NCBI GenBank assembly: GCA_041288095.1
Contig: JBGGMJ010000027.1
Span: forward strand, 1 to 64,000
Length of the DNA stretch: 64,000 nucleotides
Reading direction: 5' to 3'
From: Myxococcota bacterium
GTDB lineage: Bacteria; Myxococcota; XYA12-FULL-58-9; JALHOP01
The notes under the pieces are model-generated. The model had not been told where the DNA came from and searched no databases. It saw nothing but the letters and a program-made list of their open reading frames with translations. Every line of letters begins with the position of its first letter. Position 1 is the first letter of the stretch. Positions 1 to 10,800 of the stretch are shown here, one piece after another. The position numbers were made by a program, and so were the translations under genes.

Positions 1-2
1 CG

Positions 3-1319
3 GTCATCGACCTCGAGAAGACCGAAAAGTTCGGTATTGCGACGAGCGCCGACCTCAACTGGAAGATGGTCCTCGACACCTACTCGTGCACCGAGTGCGG
101 TCGCTGCAACGTCTACTGCCCGACGATGCTCACCGGTAAGCCACTATCGCACCGTCAGGTGAACCTCGATCTCAAGAAGGCCCTCATCGACGACTACCCG
201 GCGCGCTTCGGCGGCACGAAGCCGGTCGGTGACGTCGAGAAGAAGGACTCGATGCCCGCCGAGGCGGCGGCGCCCACGTTGGCTGACTTGATCGGAGGCC
301 GCATCAGCCCCGAGACCATCTGGGCCTGCACCACCTGCGGCTCGTGCGAGCAAGAGTGCCCCGTCTTCATCGAGCAGGTGCCGCGCATCATCCAGATGCG
401 CATGAAGAAGGTGCTCATGGACGGCGACATGCCGCAGGAGCTGGCCCGCGCCTTCAAGGGCATGGAGAACAACTCGAACCCCTGGGGCATCGGCTTCGAC
501 AAGCGCGACGCCTGGGCCGAGGGGCTCGACGTCCCGCGCATGGAGTCGCTCGACGGCAAGGGCGGAGACGCTCCGCTGCTCTACTGGATCGGCTGCGCCG
601 GCTCGTTCGACGACCGCAACAAGAAGATCACGCTTGCGATGGTGAAGATCCTGCGCTCCGCGGGCGTCGAGTTCGCGATCCTGGGCAAAGAGGAAGGCTG
701 CACCGGTGACCCGGCGCGCCGCACCGGCAACGAGTACCTCTTCCAGATGTTGGCGGCGAACAACGTCGAGGTGCTCAACCGCTACAAGGTGAAGAAAATC
801 CTCACCCACTGCCCGCACTGCTACCACACGCTCAAGACCGAGTACCCGCAGTTCGGCGGCAACTTCGAGCTCGTGCATCACACCCAGCTCATCGAGTCGC
901 TGATCGCCGACGGCCGCTTGAAGCTAAGCAAGGAAGTGCGCGCCGACGTCGCCTGGCACGATTCCTGTTATCTCGGCCGCTATCACGACATCTACGATGC
1001 GCCGCGCAACGTCGTGAAAGCGATTCCGGGCGCGAAGCTCGTCGAGCTACCGCGTAACAAGTCGCGCTCCGTGTGTTGCGGCGCCGGTGGTGGCCGCTTC
1101 TGGATGGAAGAGCACATCGGCGAGCGCATCAACGAGCATCGCGCCAAGGAAGCCTTGTCCGCCAACACGGACACGGTCGGCAGCGCCTGCCCGTTCTGCC
1201 TCATCATGATGCGCGACGGCGTCGCCGCCCAGGGCAAAGAAGACGTGAAGACGCGGGACATCGCGGAGCTCGTGGCCGAGTCCATCGACGTGCCGGCGAG
1301 CATCGAGGCGCAAGCATAG
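3..1319 (+). CDS. Fe-S oxidoreductase (FadF/HdrD/GlpC-like, two 4Fe-4S motifs plus CCG domains); 5' partial
   Basis: CTECGRCNVYCP and CTTCGSCEQECP ferredoxin motifs; GCTG, HDSC and CCGAGGG motifs. The frame is open back to the window edge. Confidence 0.88.
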   Translation, partial: VIDLEKTEKFGIATSADLNWKMVLDTYSCTECGRCNVYCPTMLTGKPLSHRQVNLDLKKALIDDYPARFGGTKPVGDVEKKDSMPAEAAAPTLADLIGGRISPETIWACTTCGSCEQECPVFIEQVPRIIQMRMKKVLMDGDMPQELARAFKGMENNSNPWGIGFDKRDAWAEGLDVPRMESLDGKGGDAPLLYWIGCAGSFDDRNKKITLAMVKILRSAGVEFAILGKEEGCTGDPARRTGNEYLFQMLAANNVEVLNRYKVKKILTHCPHCYHTLKTEYPQFGGNFELVHHTQLIESLIADGRLKLSKEVRADVAWHDSCYLGRYHDIYDAPRNVVKAIPGAKLVELPRNKSRSVCCGAGGGRFWMEEHIGERINEHRAKEALSANTDTVGSACPFCLIMMRDGVAAQGKEDVKTRDIAELVAESIDVPASIEAQA

Positions 1320-1384
1320 CCCGCGTAACCTCTATGTCGACGCACAAGTGCATGTGAGCTAACCTGAACACTGGCTGAGGCGGC

Positions 1385-2818
1385 ATGGCCTTCAACCGGT
1401 TCCCGGCACGTTTTGGTAAGTACATCGTCCTCGACCGCGTCAGCGTCGGCGGGATGGCCGAAGTGTACCGCGCGAAGGAAGCCGCGGACGGGTTCTCCCG
1501 CATCATCGCCATCAAGCGCATGCTCGACACGGTCGCCATCGACGTGTCGATGGTGCCGATGTTCGTCGACGAGGCAAAGCTCGCATCGCGCCTCGTGCAT
1601 CCCAATATCGCGCAGATCTTCGAGCTCGGACGAACCGACGGCGCGCTCTACATCGCCATGGAGCTGGTCTGGGGCTACGACCTCAAGGCCATCGCCAAGG
1701 CGTGTGCGCAGAAGCGGATGCGCTTCCCGCCGCGCATAGGTTGTTACATCGTTGCCAAGGCCGCCGAGGCTCTGGACTTCGCGCACAACGCATCCGGGCC
1801 CGACGGCCGGCCCATGCGCTTGGTGCATCGCGACGTGAGTCCGCAAAACGTGATGCTGGATTACGACGGTGAAGTGAAGGTCATCGACTTCGGCATCGCC
1901 AAAGCGAACGCGAAGGAGGCCAAGACGGAGGCCGGCGTCATCAAGGGCAAGTTCAGCTACATGGCTCCCGAGCAGCTCGCCGGCAACGCCGTGGATGCTC
2001 GCACGGACGTCTTCGCTCTCGGGATTGTGCTCTACGAGATGCTCTCGGGTGAGCGGCTGTTCGACGGCAGCAGCGTCTTTTCGATCTACGAAAAGGTGGT
2101 GAATCAACCGGCACCGCGCCTCGCCGACGCCGCCGACATCCCCCCCGAGCTCGATGCGGTCGTCGCGCGCTGCCTCGCGCAGGACGTGGAGGAGCGCTAT
2201 GAGAGCGCCGCGCAGCTAGCCGATGCCCTGGCGCCTTTTCTCATTCAGGACCGGAGCATCGTCGGTCGGCGTGAAGCGCAGGCGTTCATGCGGGAGCTGT
2301 TTCCCGACGATGAAACGCAGGTCCGCGCCAAGATGCAGCGCTATCAGCAAGTCACCGAGGTGGAGTGCGTCGAGCCGAGCCACGAGGTCGATCCGGCGGA
2401 GCTGCGCCGCACCCAAGTCTTCCTGTCACATGACCTGCCCCTCGATCTGAATCGTCGCGGCAGTGGCTATGGCACCGAGGTGCTGACGCCGAACATCCCG
2501 CCCGAGGAAACTCAGAAGCAGCCCGCGCTCCGCACGACCGAGAAGGTCGAAGCCGAGGCGTCGAGCGCCTGGGTGGCGGTGGTCATCGCGGTGATCGCGT
2601 TGGTCGCTGCGTTGATCGTCGTGGTCGCGAGGTCGCGCGACTTGACCGCGATGGAGCTGTTCGAAGAAGCGCTGCGCGGCTCGTCGCAACCGAACACCGA
2701 GGTGTCGACCGCCCCGGCGGATGCCCCATCACCCGTCAAACCAGCGCCGCCGCCGGAGCCCACGAAGCGCAAAGGAGTGAAGGCCGTGCCCCGGCGGCCA
2801 GCCCCAAGTCCGCCATAG
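1385..2818 (+). CDS. Ser/Thr protein kinase with one C-terminal TM segment
   Basis: GGMAEVY, AIK, HRDVSPQN, DFG and YMAPE motifs; hydrophobic helix; Pro-rich tail. Confidence 0.93.
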   Translation: MAFNRFPARFGKYIVLDRVSVGGMAEVYRAKEAADGFSRIIAIKRMLDTVAIDVSMVPMFVDEAKLASRLVHPNIAQIFELGRTDGALYIAMELVWGYDLKAIAKACAQKRMRFPPRIGCYIVAKAAEALDFAHNASGPDGRPMRLVHRDVSPQNVMLDYDGEVKVIDFGIAKANAKEAKTEAGVIKGKFSYMAPEQLAGNAVDARTDVFALGIVLYEMLSGERLFDGSSVFSIYEKVVNQPAPRLADAADIPPELDAVVARCLAQDVEERYESAAQLADALAPFLIQDRSIVGRREAQAFMRELFPDDETQVRAKMQRYQQVTEVECVEPSHEVDPAELRRTQVFLSHDLPLDLNRRGSGYGTEVLTPNIPPEETQKQPALRTTEKVEAEASSAWVAVVIAVIALVAALIVVVARSRDLTAMELFEEALRGSSQPNTEVSTAPADAPSPVKPAPPPEPTKRKGVKAVPRRPAPSPP

Positions 2819-2830
2819 CACACACGATCT

Positions 2831-4501
2831 CTAGTTGCCCTTGCCGAAGAAACGCGCGAGGCGAGCCGTCTCGGTGAGGGACGGGTCGATATGGAACGCC
2901 CGCATCGCTTCCTGCACGCTGCGCCCCGGCTCATCGAAGGCCGGGGTAACATCGAGGGAGCTCTCGGCTTTGTGAAGGACGCTGGCGAACTCGGTCGAGA
3001 CTCCCGCGATGTGGAGCTTCGCGTCCTGCGCGGCTAGCTCGGCCTCGAGCTCCTCGAAGGCCACCAGCGCCGTGAACCGCATAGCGTGCGCGTGCGAGAG
3101 ATCGAGCACGACGTGTTTGGGCGACGCGGGCATGAGCTCGAAGATCTCGGTCAAGAACGCCTGCGCCGCCGCGAAGTGCAGCTCACCACTCACCTCGACG
3201 ATGATGATGTCGGCGGCCTCGCCCTTGACGTACGGGTTCAGGCGCATGCCGTACGCTGGAACGTACAAGCGGAGGCGGGGCGTCGCGCTGTCGGCCAAGT
3301 ATTGTACCAAGCTGAAGGCGACACCCAAAACGATAGCCCACTCGAGCTTGAACAGGAGCGCGGCGGTGAGGGTCACCGCGAGCACGAGCCGCGCCTTGCG
3401 CGACGCCAGCCAGATGCGACGTACCTTCACGCGGTCGACCATGTTGTAGGCGGTAGCGAACAAGACGCCGGCGAGGGTCGCCTGCGGCACGAATCCAAGG
3501 AGCGGCGCCGCGATGACCAGCGGGATCGTCGCTACCGCGGTGACGATTGGTGCGATGCGCGTCGTGTTGGGCATCTGCCGCAGCAGCGCCGAGCGCGTGA
3601 GGCTCACCGATGCCGGCTGCGCGCTAACCAAGCTGCCGACGATGTTCGCGAGAGCCTGGGCACGAATCTCGCGGCGCATGTCGACACGCAAGCCGTCGCT
3701 CCGGAGCACCGCCGTGAGCTCGAGCGTGCCGAGGAGCGCGATGGCCGCCGCGGGCGTGAGAAACGCTTCGACGATGTCGGGGTCGAGGCTCGGCAGCGCG
3801 TGTGGTGGAATGCCACGCGAGAGCGGCGTGCGATCGGAGACGATGGGCAAGCCGTTGGTCTCGTCGAGACCGAGCGCGTAGGCGAGCAAGCTCGAGCCCA
3901 CCATGACGATGAGCGCCATGGGTAAGCGAGGGTAACGCCGCTGCAGCGGCACGAGCATGGCGACGGTGACGATGGTGACCGCGATAGCAGTCCATTTCGG
4001 ATAGATGCCGGCCTGAAACGCGCGGGTCAGGCTCGCGGCCTCCGATGCAAGTCCGGTCCCGACGACGTGCGAGAGCCCCATGGCCTCGTCGAGCTGCATC
4101 ACCACGATGAGCACGGCGACGCCGCACATGAACCCGACGAGCACCGACTCGGGCAGGAAGCGCACCAGGGTCGAGCCGCCGATTCCAGAGAGCGCGAGAC
4201 GCAACACACCGGTGAGCAAGGTGAGTGTTCCCAGCGCCGCAAGGCCGCGAGCGTCGACGACGCCGTTGGCCGTCAGGTGCGGGAGCAAGGCCGCTAGCAC
4301 GAGGAGCGCGGTGGTATTCGTCGGGCCGGTCACCATGTTGTGACTGCGGCTGATGGCCGCGGCGATGAGCCCGGGCACGGCGGCGGACACCAGACCGTAG
4401 ACCGGCGGCAAGCCGGCCATCATAGCGTACGCGAGGCACTGCGGCGCGCCGACCGCCGCGACGGTCAAGCCCGCAACCAGATCTGTCTTCGTGAGCTTCA
4501 T
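2831..4501 (-). CDS. SulP family anion permease with STAS domain
   Basis: DLVAGLTVA..PQCLAYA..AGLPPVYGL signature; many TM helices; C-terminal STAS-like GELHFA..VVLDLS. Confidence 0.9.
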   Translation of the reverse strand: MKLTKTDLVAGLTVAAVGAPQCLAYAMMAGLPPVYGLVSAAVPGLIAAAISRSHNMVTGPTNTTALLVLAALLPHLTANGVVDARGLAALGTLTLLTGVLRLALSGIGGSTLVRFLPESVLVGFMCGVAVLIVVMQLDEAMGLSHVVGTGLASEAASLTRAFQAGIYPKWTAIAVTIVTVAMLVPLQRRYPRLPMALIVMVGSSLLAYALGLDETNGLPIVSDRTPLSRGIPPHALPSLDPDIVEAFLTPAAAIALLGTLELTAVLRSDGLRVDMRREIRAQALANIVGSLVSAQPASVSLTRSALLRQMPNTTRIAPIVTAVATIPLVIAAPLLGFVPQATLAGVLFATAYNMVDRVKVRRIWLASRKARLVLAVTLTAALLFKLEWAIVLGVAFSLVQYLADSATPRLRLYVPAYGMRLNPYVKGEAADIIIVEVSGELHFAAAQAFLTEIFELMPASPKHVVLDLSHAHAMRFTALVAFEELEAELAAQDAKLHIAGVSTEFASVLHKAESSLDVTPAFDEPGRSVQEAMRAFHIDPSLTETARLARFFGKGN

Positions 4502-4565
4502 CGACCGCCAAACCGATCATACCAGGCGTGGACCCGGGCGAGGTGCCGGCGTAAGGTCCCGCACC

Positions 4566-5051
4566 ATGAAAGTATTGGCTCTCTTGCCCCTCTTCGTCCT
4601 CGCCGCTTGCAACGACCACCAGAAGCCGCCGGAGGATGTGCCCCTCGGCAGGCGTCCGACTCCATCAACGACTACGGCTCCCGCCGCGGCGACTCCCGGT
4701 CAAGACATCATCACCGGTACCATCAAGGTCGCCGACGCCCTCAAGGATAAGACGCCCGCGAGCGCGACGCTCTTCATCATCGCCAAGACGGAAGGCGGTG
4801 GCGGTCCGCCGGTTCTGGTGAAGCGTGTAGCCGGCGTTGCCTTCCCCTACACCTTCACCCTCGCCTCCGACGACATCATGATGCAAGGCGCCCCACTGCC
4901 GGAAAAGCTCACTGTGTCCGCCCGCTATGACCAAGACGGTGATGCCATGTCGAAGAGCCCCGGCGACTTGACCGGTGTGGTGAAGGTGGCGGTGCCCAAG
5001 GGGACGAGCGGTGTCGAGCTGATGCTCGACCAGGTCATCGCGGCGCAGTGA
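4566..5051 (+). CDS. Lipoprotein resembling the C-terminal periplasmic domain of CcmI/CycH
   Basis: Lipobox LAAC; TLFIIAK..GPP..VKR..FPYTFTL..D..M..VSARYDQDGDAM..PGDL pattern. Confidence 0.65.
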   Translation: MKVLALLPLFVLAACNDHQKPPEDVPLGRRPTPSTTTAPAAATPGQDIITGTIKVADALKDKTPASATLFIIAKTEGGGGPPVLVKRVAGVAFPYTFTLASDDIMMQGAPLPEKLTVSARYDQDGDAMSKSPGDLTGVVKVAVPKGTSGVELMLDQVIAAQ

Positions 5052-5088
5052 CCTTGAAGATCGGCGGCGCGTCGATCACACTAACGGG

Positions 5089-5382
5089 GTGATTCGCGCC
5101 ACCGTTGCCATGGGCCTCGCCTTGTATGTCGCGCTCGCGATCGGCGAAGCGCCCGTGCTCGGCTCGACGGTTTGCGCGCAAGAATGCGCCGATGACGACG
5201 CCGACGGGCACTGCGCGCCGACGTGCAGCGATTGCGCCTGCTGCGCCCACATCCGCGTCATGACCGTTCCAGTCGCGATGAGAGCCATCGTGCCGGCGAC
5301 AGCCGCCCGTCTGCCACAGCGGACTGTCGACGCGCCGCCCATCCCCGAGCCCCGCGAGATCCTGCACGTACCCATAGCCTGA
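5089..5382 (+). CDS. Small Cys-rich exported leader protein upstream of the metal efflux operon
   Basis: Hydrophobic N-terminus, CAQEC..HCAPTCSDCACCAH, Pro-rich C-terminus; start codon uncertain. Confidence 0.65.
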   Translation: MIRATVAMGLALYVALAIGEAPVLGSTVCAQECADDDADGHCAPTCSDCACCAHIRVMTVPVAMRAIVPATAARLPQRTVDAPPIPEPREILHVPIA

Positions 5383-5433
5383 GCACGGAAGACCGTCAGA
5401 GCTGTTCTCGTGTTCTCTCAGGCGAGGTGTGTC

Positions 5434-6684
5434 TTGAGATCCAGTCTCAGGGCGGGAGCGTGCGCGCTCGCCGTCGTCGTGTTGCCTATCGCCGGCCAGG
5501 CGGAGGCCGATCCCTGCTCGCTCGGCATTCACCGCGCCAATGTCGCGGCCTGTGCGCTGCGCTGGAGTCCGACGCTTCAAGCGGAGCTCGCGACGCGTGA
5601 CGCGGCGGTCGGGCGCCGAGAAGCGGCCCGCCCGTTCCTGCCGGCGAACCCCGTCGTGTCCGGCTCGATCGCTTCGCGCCGCGCCGACATCGCGCGCGAC
5701 ACCAATTGGGCCGTGTCCATTGGGCAGCAGATCGAGGTCGGCGGCCAGCGTGGTCTGCGCATCGCGGCGGCCGAACGTGAGCTCGCCGCCCGTGGACATC
5801 AGGTGCTGGCGGCCCGCATGCAAGTCACCTCCGAGGCGTTCAGGGGCTACTTCGTCGTGCTCGGGATGCGAGAAAGAGTCGACCTGGCGCGACGCCTCGA
5901 GGCCGCGACGAACGACGTGGCAGGCACGGTGCGCGCCATGGCGGCGGGTGGCGTCGCCTCCGAGGTCGATGCCGACATCGCGGACGCCGCGGCAATCGGG
6001 GTCACGCAGGAGCGGCTGCGCCTCGAGGCAGCGCTCGAAGCAGCGCGCGCGGAGCTCGCCATCCACGTGGGAGGTTTTGTCAACGCGGTCGATGGGGAGC
6101 TCGAGCCAATCAAAGGCGTCGAGGCACCCGAGATTGTTCCAGTCCGGCCCGAGCTCTTGGCGCTGGACGAAGAGCACACGGCTCTCGAGAGCCGCGTGAG
6201 CTTGCTCGGCCGCGAGCGGGTCCCAAACCCGACACTCTCCCTCACGGCGCAAGACGATGGCTTCAACGAGCGGGTCCTGGGGATCGGCGTGAGTCTACCC
6301 ATTCCCCTGCCGCAGCCGATTGGTAGGACTCTCGCCGGCGAAATCTCCGAAATGACTGCTTTGGCGGATCGCTCGAGAGCGGAGAGGCAACGGCTCGAGC
6401 TCGAGCTGCGCGCGGAGGCGAATGCGGCGACGGCGGACCTGACCGCGGCGCGACAAGCTCGCGCTCTGCATCCGCCGGAGCGCACGGCGCGCGTCGAAGC
6501 GCGCCTCGCGAGCATCACCACTGAGGTCAAGGCAGGGCGTCTCGCGGTCCGTGACGCCCTGATCGCGCAACAGGCGCTCGTGAGCCAGCTCAAGTCGGCG
6601 ATCGATGCGCGAGAATGGCTGTGCGTCGCTTCGGTCCGCTTGGCGCGGGCTGTCGGGATCTCGCTCGAGGGAGACGACCGATGA
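5434..6684 (+). CDS. czcC: TolC-family outer membrane factor (CzcC-like)
   Basis: Two OEP-like repeats (NP..S..Q.IE.GGQR; P..TL..GVSLPIP). TTG at 5434 follows GAGG; GTG at 5410 is the alternative start. Confidence 0.8.
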   Translation: MRSSLRAGACALAVVVLPIAGQAEADPCSLGIHRANVAACALRWSPTLQAELATRDAAVGRREAARPFLPANPVVSGSIASRRADIARDTNWAVSIGQQIEVGGQRGLRIAAAERELAARGHQVLAARMQVTSEAFRGYFVVLGMRERVDLARRLEAATNDVAGTVRAMAAGGVASEVDADIADAAAIGVTQERLRLEAALEAARAELAIHVGGFVNAVDGELEPIKGVEAPEIVPVRPELLALDEEHTALESRVSLLGRERVPNPTLSLTAQDDGFNERVLGIGVSLPIPLPQPIGRTLAGEISEMTALADRSRAERQRLELELRAEANAATADLTAARQARALHPPERTARVEARLASITTEVKAGRLAVRDALIAQQALVSQLKSAIDAREWLCVASVRLARAVGISLEGDDR

Positions 6685-7850
6685 GGCATTGGCTCGTCAT
6701 CACCCTGCTGCTCGCCGGCTGCAATCGCGATAGCGGAGACCCCGAGCGCCCGGTCAGCGGGCCGGTGGACACCCACGAAGACGAAGAGCACCACGAGGCG
6801 TTACCGCGGCAGCTCCGTGTCACCCCGGAGGTCGCCCGTGACGCCGGTATCGCGACTCAAGCGGCCAAGCGCGGTCTCCTGACGGCGGTGGTGAGCCTGC
6901 CGGGCGAGATCACCTCCGAGCCCGACAAGACGGCGCGTGTCTCCGCGGTCACCGGTGGTCGGCTCGAGCAAGTGTCGTTCAACGAGGGCCAAAGTGTGAA
7001 GAAGGGCGACGTGCTCGCGGTGCTGCGCGTGCCGGACGTCGGTCGGCTTCGCGGGAGCCTCGCGGCCAGCGCCGCCAAGGCGAAGGCCTCACGGGCCAAC
7101 GCCGAGCGTCTGCGCTCTCTCCGCGAAAGTGGATTCGGAGCAGAACAAGCGGCGGTCGATGCCGAAGCCGAGGCGCGCGCGCAAGAGGCCGAGACGCGGG
7201 CGGTTGGCGAACAGCTCGCCGCCATTGGGGTCAACACCGATGCCGTCGGCGGCTACTTGGTCCCGCTCCGCGCTCCGATCACCGGCGTCGTCGTGGCGCG
7301 CGACGCCATCGTGGGTCAGCCGGTGAACGCGGAGCAGACCGTCGCTACCATCGTCGATTTCTCCGAGGTGTGGTTTTTGGGCCGCGTCTTCGAGAAGGAC
7401 TTGTCACGGCTGCGCGTCGGGGCGCGAGCCGACGTCCAGCTCAACGCGTTTGCCGATCAAAGCTTCGAGGGCTTCGTCGAATACATCGGTCAACGCACCG
7501 ATCCGGTGGCCCGTACGCTGACCGCCCGAATTCGCCTACGCAACGACAACGACCGCCTGCGCATCGGGCTGTTCGGCACGGCGCACGTCGAGCTCGCCGA
7601 GGCCACCGGTGCGTCACCGCGAATCATCGTGCCGCGCACCGCGGTCACGGAGGTCGGCGGCAAGGACATGGTCTTCGTAAAGGCTGCCGACGGTGACTTC
7701 ATCGTCCACGACGTGACGGTCGGGAGGTCGGCGCTTGCCCAGGTCGAGATCCTGTCCGGCCTCGATGAAGGCGAAGAGGTCGTCATCGGTGGTGTCTTCA
7801 CGTTGAAGAGCCTGCTGCTCAAGTCGACGCTCGGCGAGGACCAACACTGA
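6681..7850 (+). CDS. czcB: RND efflux periplasmic adaptor (CzcB/CusB-like)
   Basis: Lipobox LAGC, HEDEEHHE stretch, GQSVKKGDVL and LRAPITGVV lipoyl-like halves; ATGA overlap with the upstream gene. Confidence 0.88.
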   Translation: MRHWLVITLLLAGCNRDSGDPERPVSGPVDTHEDEEHHEALPRQLRVTPEVARDAGIATQAAKRGLLTAVVSLPGEITSEPDKTARVSAVTGGRLEQVSFNEGQSVKKGDVLAVLRVPDVGRLRGSLAASAAKAKASRANAERLRSLRESGFGAEQAAVDAEAEARAQEAETRAVGEQLAAIGVNTDAVGGYLVPLRAPITGVVVARDAIVGQPVNAEQTVATIVDFSEVWFLGRVFEKDLSRLRVGARADVQLNAFADQSFEGFVEYIGQRTDPVARTLTARIRLRNDNDRLRIGLFGTAHVELAEATGASPRIIVPRTAVTEVGGKDMVFVKAADGDFIVHDVTVGRSALAQVEILSGLDEGEEVVIGGVFTLKSLLLKSTLGEDQH

Positions 7851-10800
7851 TGCTGGCGCTGCTGTCAGGCATCGTCCGCTGGTCCCTGCGCAACCGACCC
7901 ATCGTGCTCGCCGCGACCCTCGTGTTCTTGGCCGTGGGAGTGCGCGCGGCGGTGCTGTTGCCGGTGGACGCGGTGCCCGACGTCACCAACATCCAGGTCC
8001 AGGTGATCACGGCGGCGCCGGCTCTTTCGCCCGTCGAGATCGAGCAATACGTCACCGTCCCCGTCGAGCGCGCCATGGCAGGCATCCCGCGAACATCGGA
8101 GATCCGCTCGATCTCGAAGTACGGCGTCTCGCTCGTCACTGTCGCTTTCGCGGACGGCACCGACATCTATTGGGCGCGCCAGCTGGTGAACGAGCGAATG
8201 GCCGAGGCACGCGAGGCGGTCGCCGGGCAATACGGCAAGCCCGAGATGGGCCCGATCTCGAGCGGCCTGGGCGAAGTCTACCAGTTCGTCCTGCGCAACG
8301 ACGCGCTGACGCTGATGCAGCTCGAGGAGCTGCTCGACTGGTACGTGGCGCCGCAGCTGCGCATGGTTCCGGGGATAGTCGAGGTCAACAGCTTCGGCGG
8401 CGAAGATCGCCAGTACCAGGTGATGCTCGACCCCGGCCGCTTGCAAGCGACGGGCATGTCGATCGCACGCGTCGTCGAGGCGCTGGCGAAGTCGAACGCC
8501 AACGCGGGTGGCGGCTACATCGAGCACGAGCGCGAGCACTTCGTCATCGGCACCGAAGGCCTCGTGACCAGCCTCGACGACCTGCGGAGCGTCGTCATCG
8601 ACGCTACGCCCCAGGGCGTGCCGATCACCATCGCGACCGTGGGCGACGTCCGCTTTGGCGCACGCTTGCGACGGGGCGCGGCGACCAAGGACGGCGAGGG
8701 TGAAGTCGTGGTCGGTGTCGCCTTGATGTTGATGGGCGAGAACTCGCGGACCGTCACCGAGGCCGTGAAAGCCAAGCTGGCGGCCATCGAGCCGACTTTG
8801 CCCGCGGGAACACGCTTCGAGACGTTCTATGACCGCTCGGAGCTGGTCAAGCGGACGTTCGGCACCGTTGGCAAGAATCTGCTCGAAGGGGCGGCGCTGG
8901 TCATCATCGTGCTGCTATTGCTGCTCGGCGACCTGCGCGCCGGTGTCGTCGTTGCCGTGACGATTCCGCTGTCGTTGCTGTTCGCGGTCGCGGTGATGAA
9001 CGCGACCGGCCTGTCGGGCAATCTCATGAGCCTCGGCGCCATCGACTTCGGCCTCCTGGTCGACGGCGCGGTGATCATCGTCGAGAACGCGACGCGGCGA
9101 CTCGCCGAGCGCCAGCGCTCAGCGACCCGACCATTGAGCGACGACGAGCGCATCGCCACCGTCGAAGAGGCGACCCTCGAGGTGCGCGCCGCCAGTGTCT
9201 TCGGCGAAGCCATCATCGCCATCGTCTATTTACCGGTGCTCGCGCTCTCCGGACTCGAGGGGAAGCTCTTCCGCCCCATGGCGACGACGGTCTTGCTCGC
9301 ACTGCTCGGCGCCTTCGTGTTGTCGCTGACGCTGGTGCCGGTGCTCACGACCTACTTGGTGCGCCCGCAAGCCGCGCATGGCGAAACCTGGCTGCTACGC
9401 AAGGCCAGCGCGCTGTACGCGCCGCTACTCGCCGGTGCCATGCGCCGTCGCGCCCTGACGGTCACGCTCGCCATCGTGGCGCTCGCCGTAAGCGTCGCGC
9501 TTTTTGGACGGCTTGGCGCGGAGTTCGTGCCGCAGCTCGACGAGGGCGATCTCCTCATCGAAGCACGGCGCATTCCGGGTGCCGCGCTCTCGGAGTCCGT
9601 TCGAACGGACCTGAACCTGGCGAAAGAGATTCGGAAGATTCCAGAGGTGGACCACGTGGTCTCGCGTATCGGGTCGCCCGAGGTGGCTACGGATCCCATG
9701 AGCATCGAGGCTTCCGACGTGTACGTCGGCTTGAAGCCTCGCGACACCTGGCGGTCCGGTGTCCGCAAAAGCGACATCGCCGAGGAGCTCGACGAGATCC
9801 TCGCGGCTTCACCAGAAGTTGGCGGCGCCATCTCGCAGCCCATCCAGATGCGCACCAACGAGCTGGTCGCGGGCATTCGTTCGGACATCGGCGTGCTCAT
9901 CTACGGGCCGGATCTCGAGACCTTGGCGCGGCTCGGTCGCGAGGTAGCGGCGGTGGTGCGAACGGTGCCCGGCGCCGTCGACACTCGCGTCGAGCAGACG
10001 CAGGGCCTCAAGTATCTGCGCGTGCGGCCGGACCGAAGTCGCTTGGCGCGCTACGGCCTCACGGTGGAGGACGTGAACCAAGTGACCGAGACGCTCGCGG
10101 TCGGGCATCGCGTCGGCGACGTCCTCGAGGGCGAGCGCCGCTTTGCCATCGTCGTGCGCGTCGATCACGGGTTTGCCGGCGACTTGGAGCCGTTGCGCGC
10201 CCTGCCGCTGCGGGCCGTCACCGGACAGGTCGTGCCTCTCGGCGACGTCGCGGAGCTCGAGCTCGTCACCGGCCCGGCGCAGGTCTCGCGCGAAGGGCTG
10301 TCGCGGCGTCTCACGGTGGAGCTGAATGTGCGAGGCCGCGACTTGCTGTCGGTGGTGGACGAGGCGCGCAGCGCGGTGGCGCGGGAGGTGAGTCTGCCGG
10401 TGGGCTATCGCATCGCCTGGGGCGGGCAGTTCGAGCATTACATCGAAGCGCGGGCGCGGCTGCTCCTGGTCGTGCCGCTGGCGCTCGGCTTGATCATCGG
10501 CATGCTCTATCTGACCTTCCGCTCACTACGGGCGGGGCTCATCATCTTCGCCAACGTGCCTTTCGCGGTGGTCGGCGGCGTCCTGGCGCTCTTGCTGCGG
10601 GGCATTCCGTTCTCGATCTCCGCCGGCGTCGGCTTCATCCCGCTCTTTGGAGTCGCGATGCTGAACGGCCTCGTCCTCGTCGCGTTCGCGCGCGAGCTCG
10701 AGGCGGGGGGGACGAGCCACGCCCACGCCATCGAGCAGGCCGCGCGGCTGCGCTTGAGGCCGGTGCTGACGACGGCGCTGGTGGCTTCGCTCGGCTTCAT

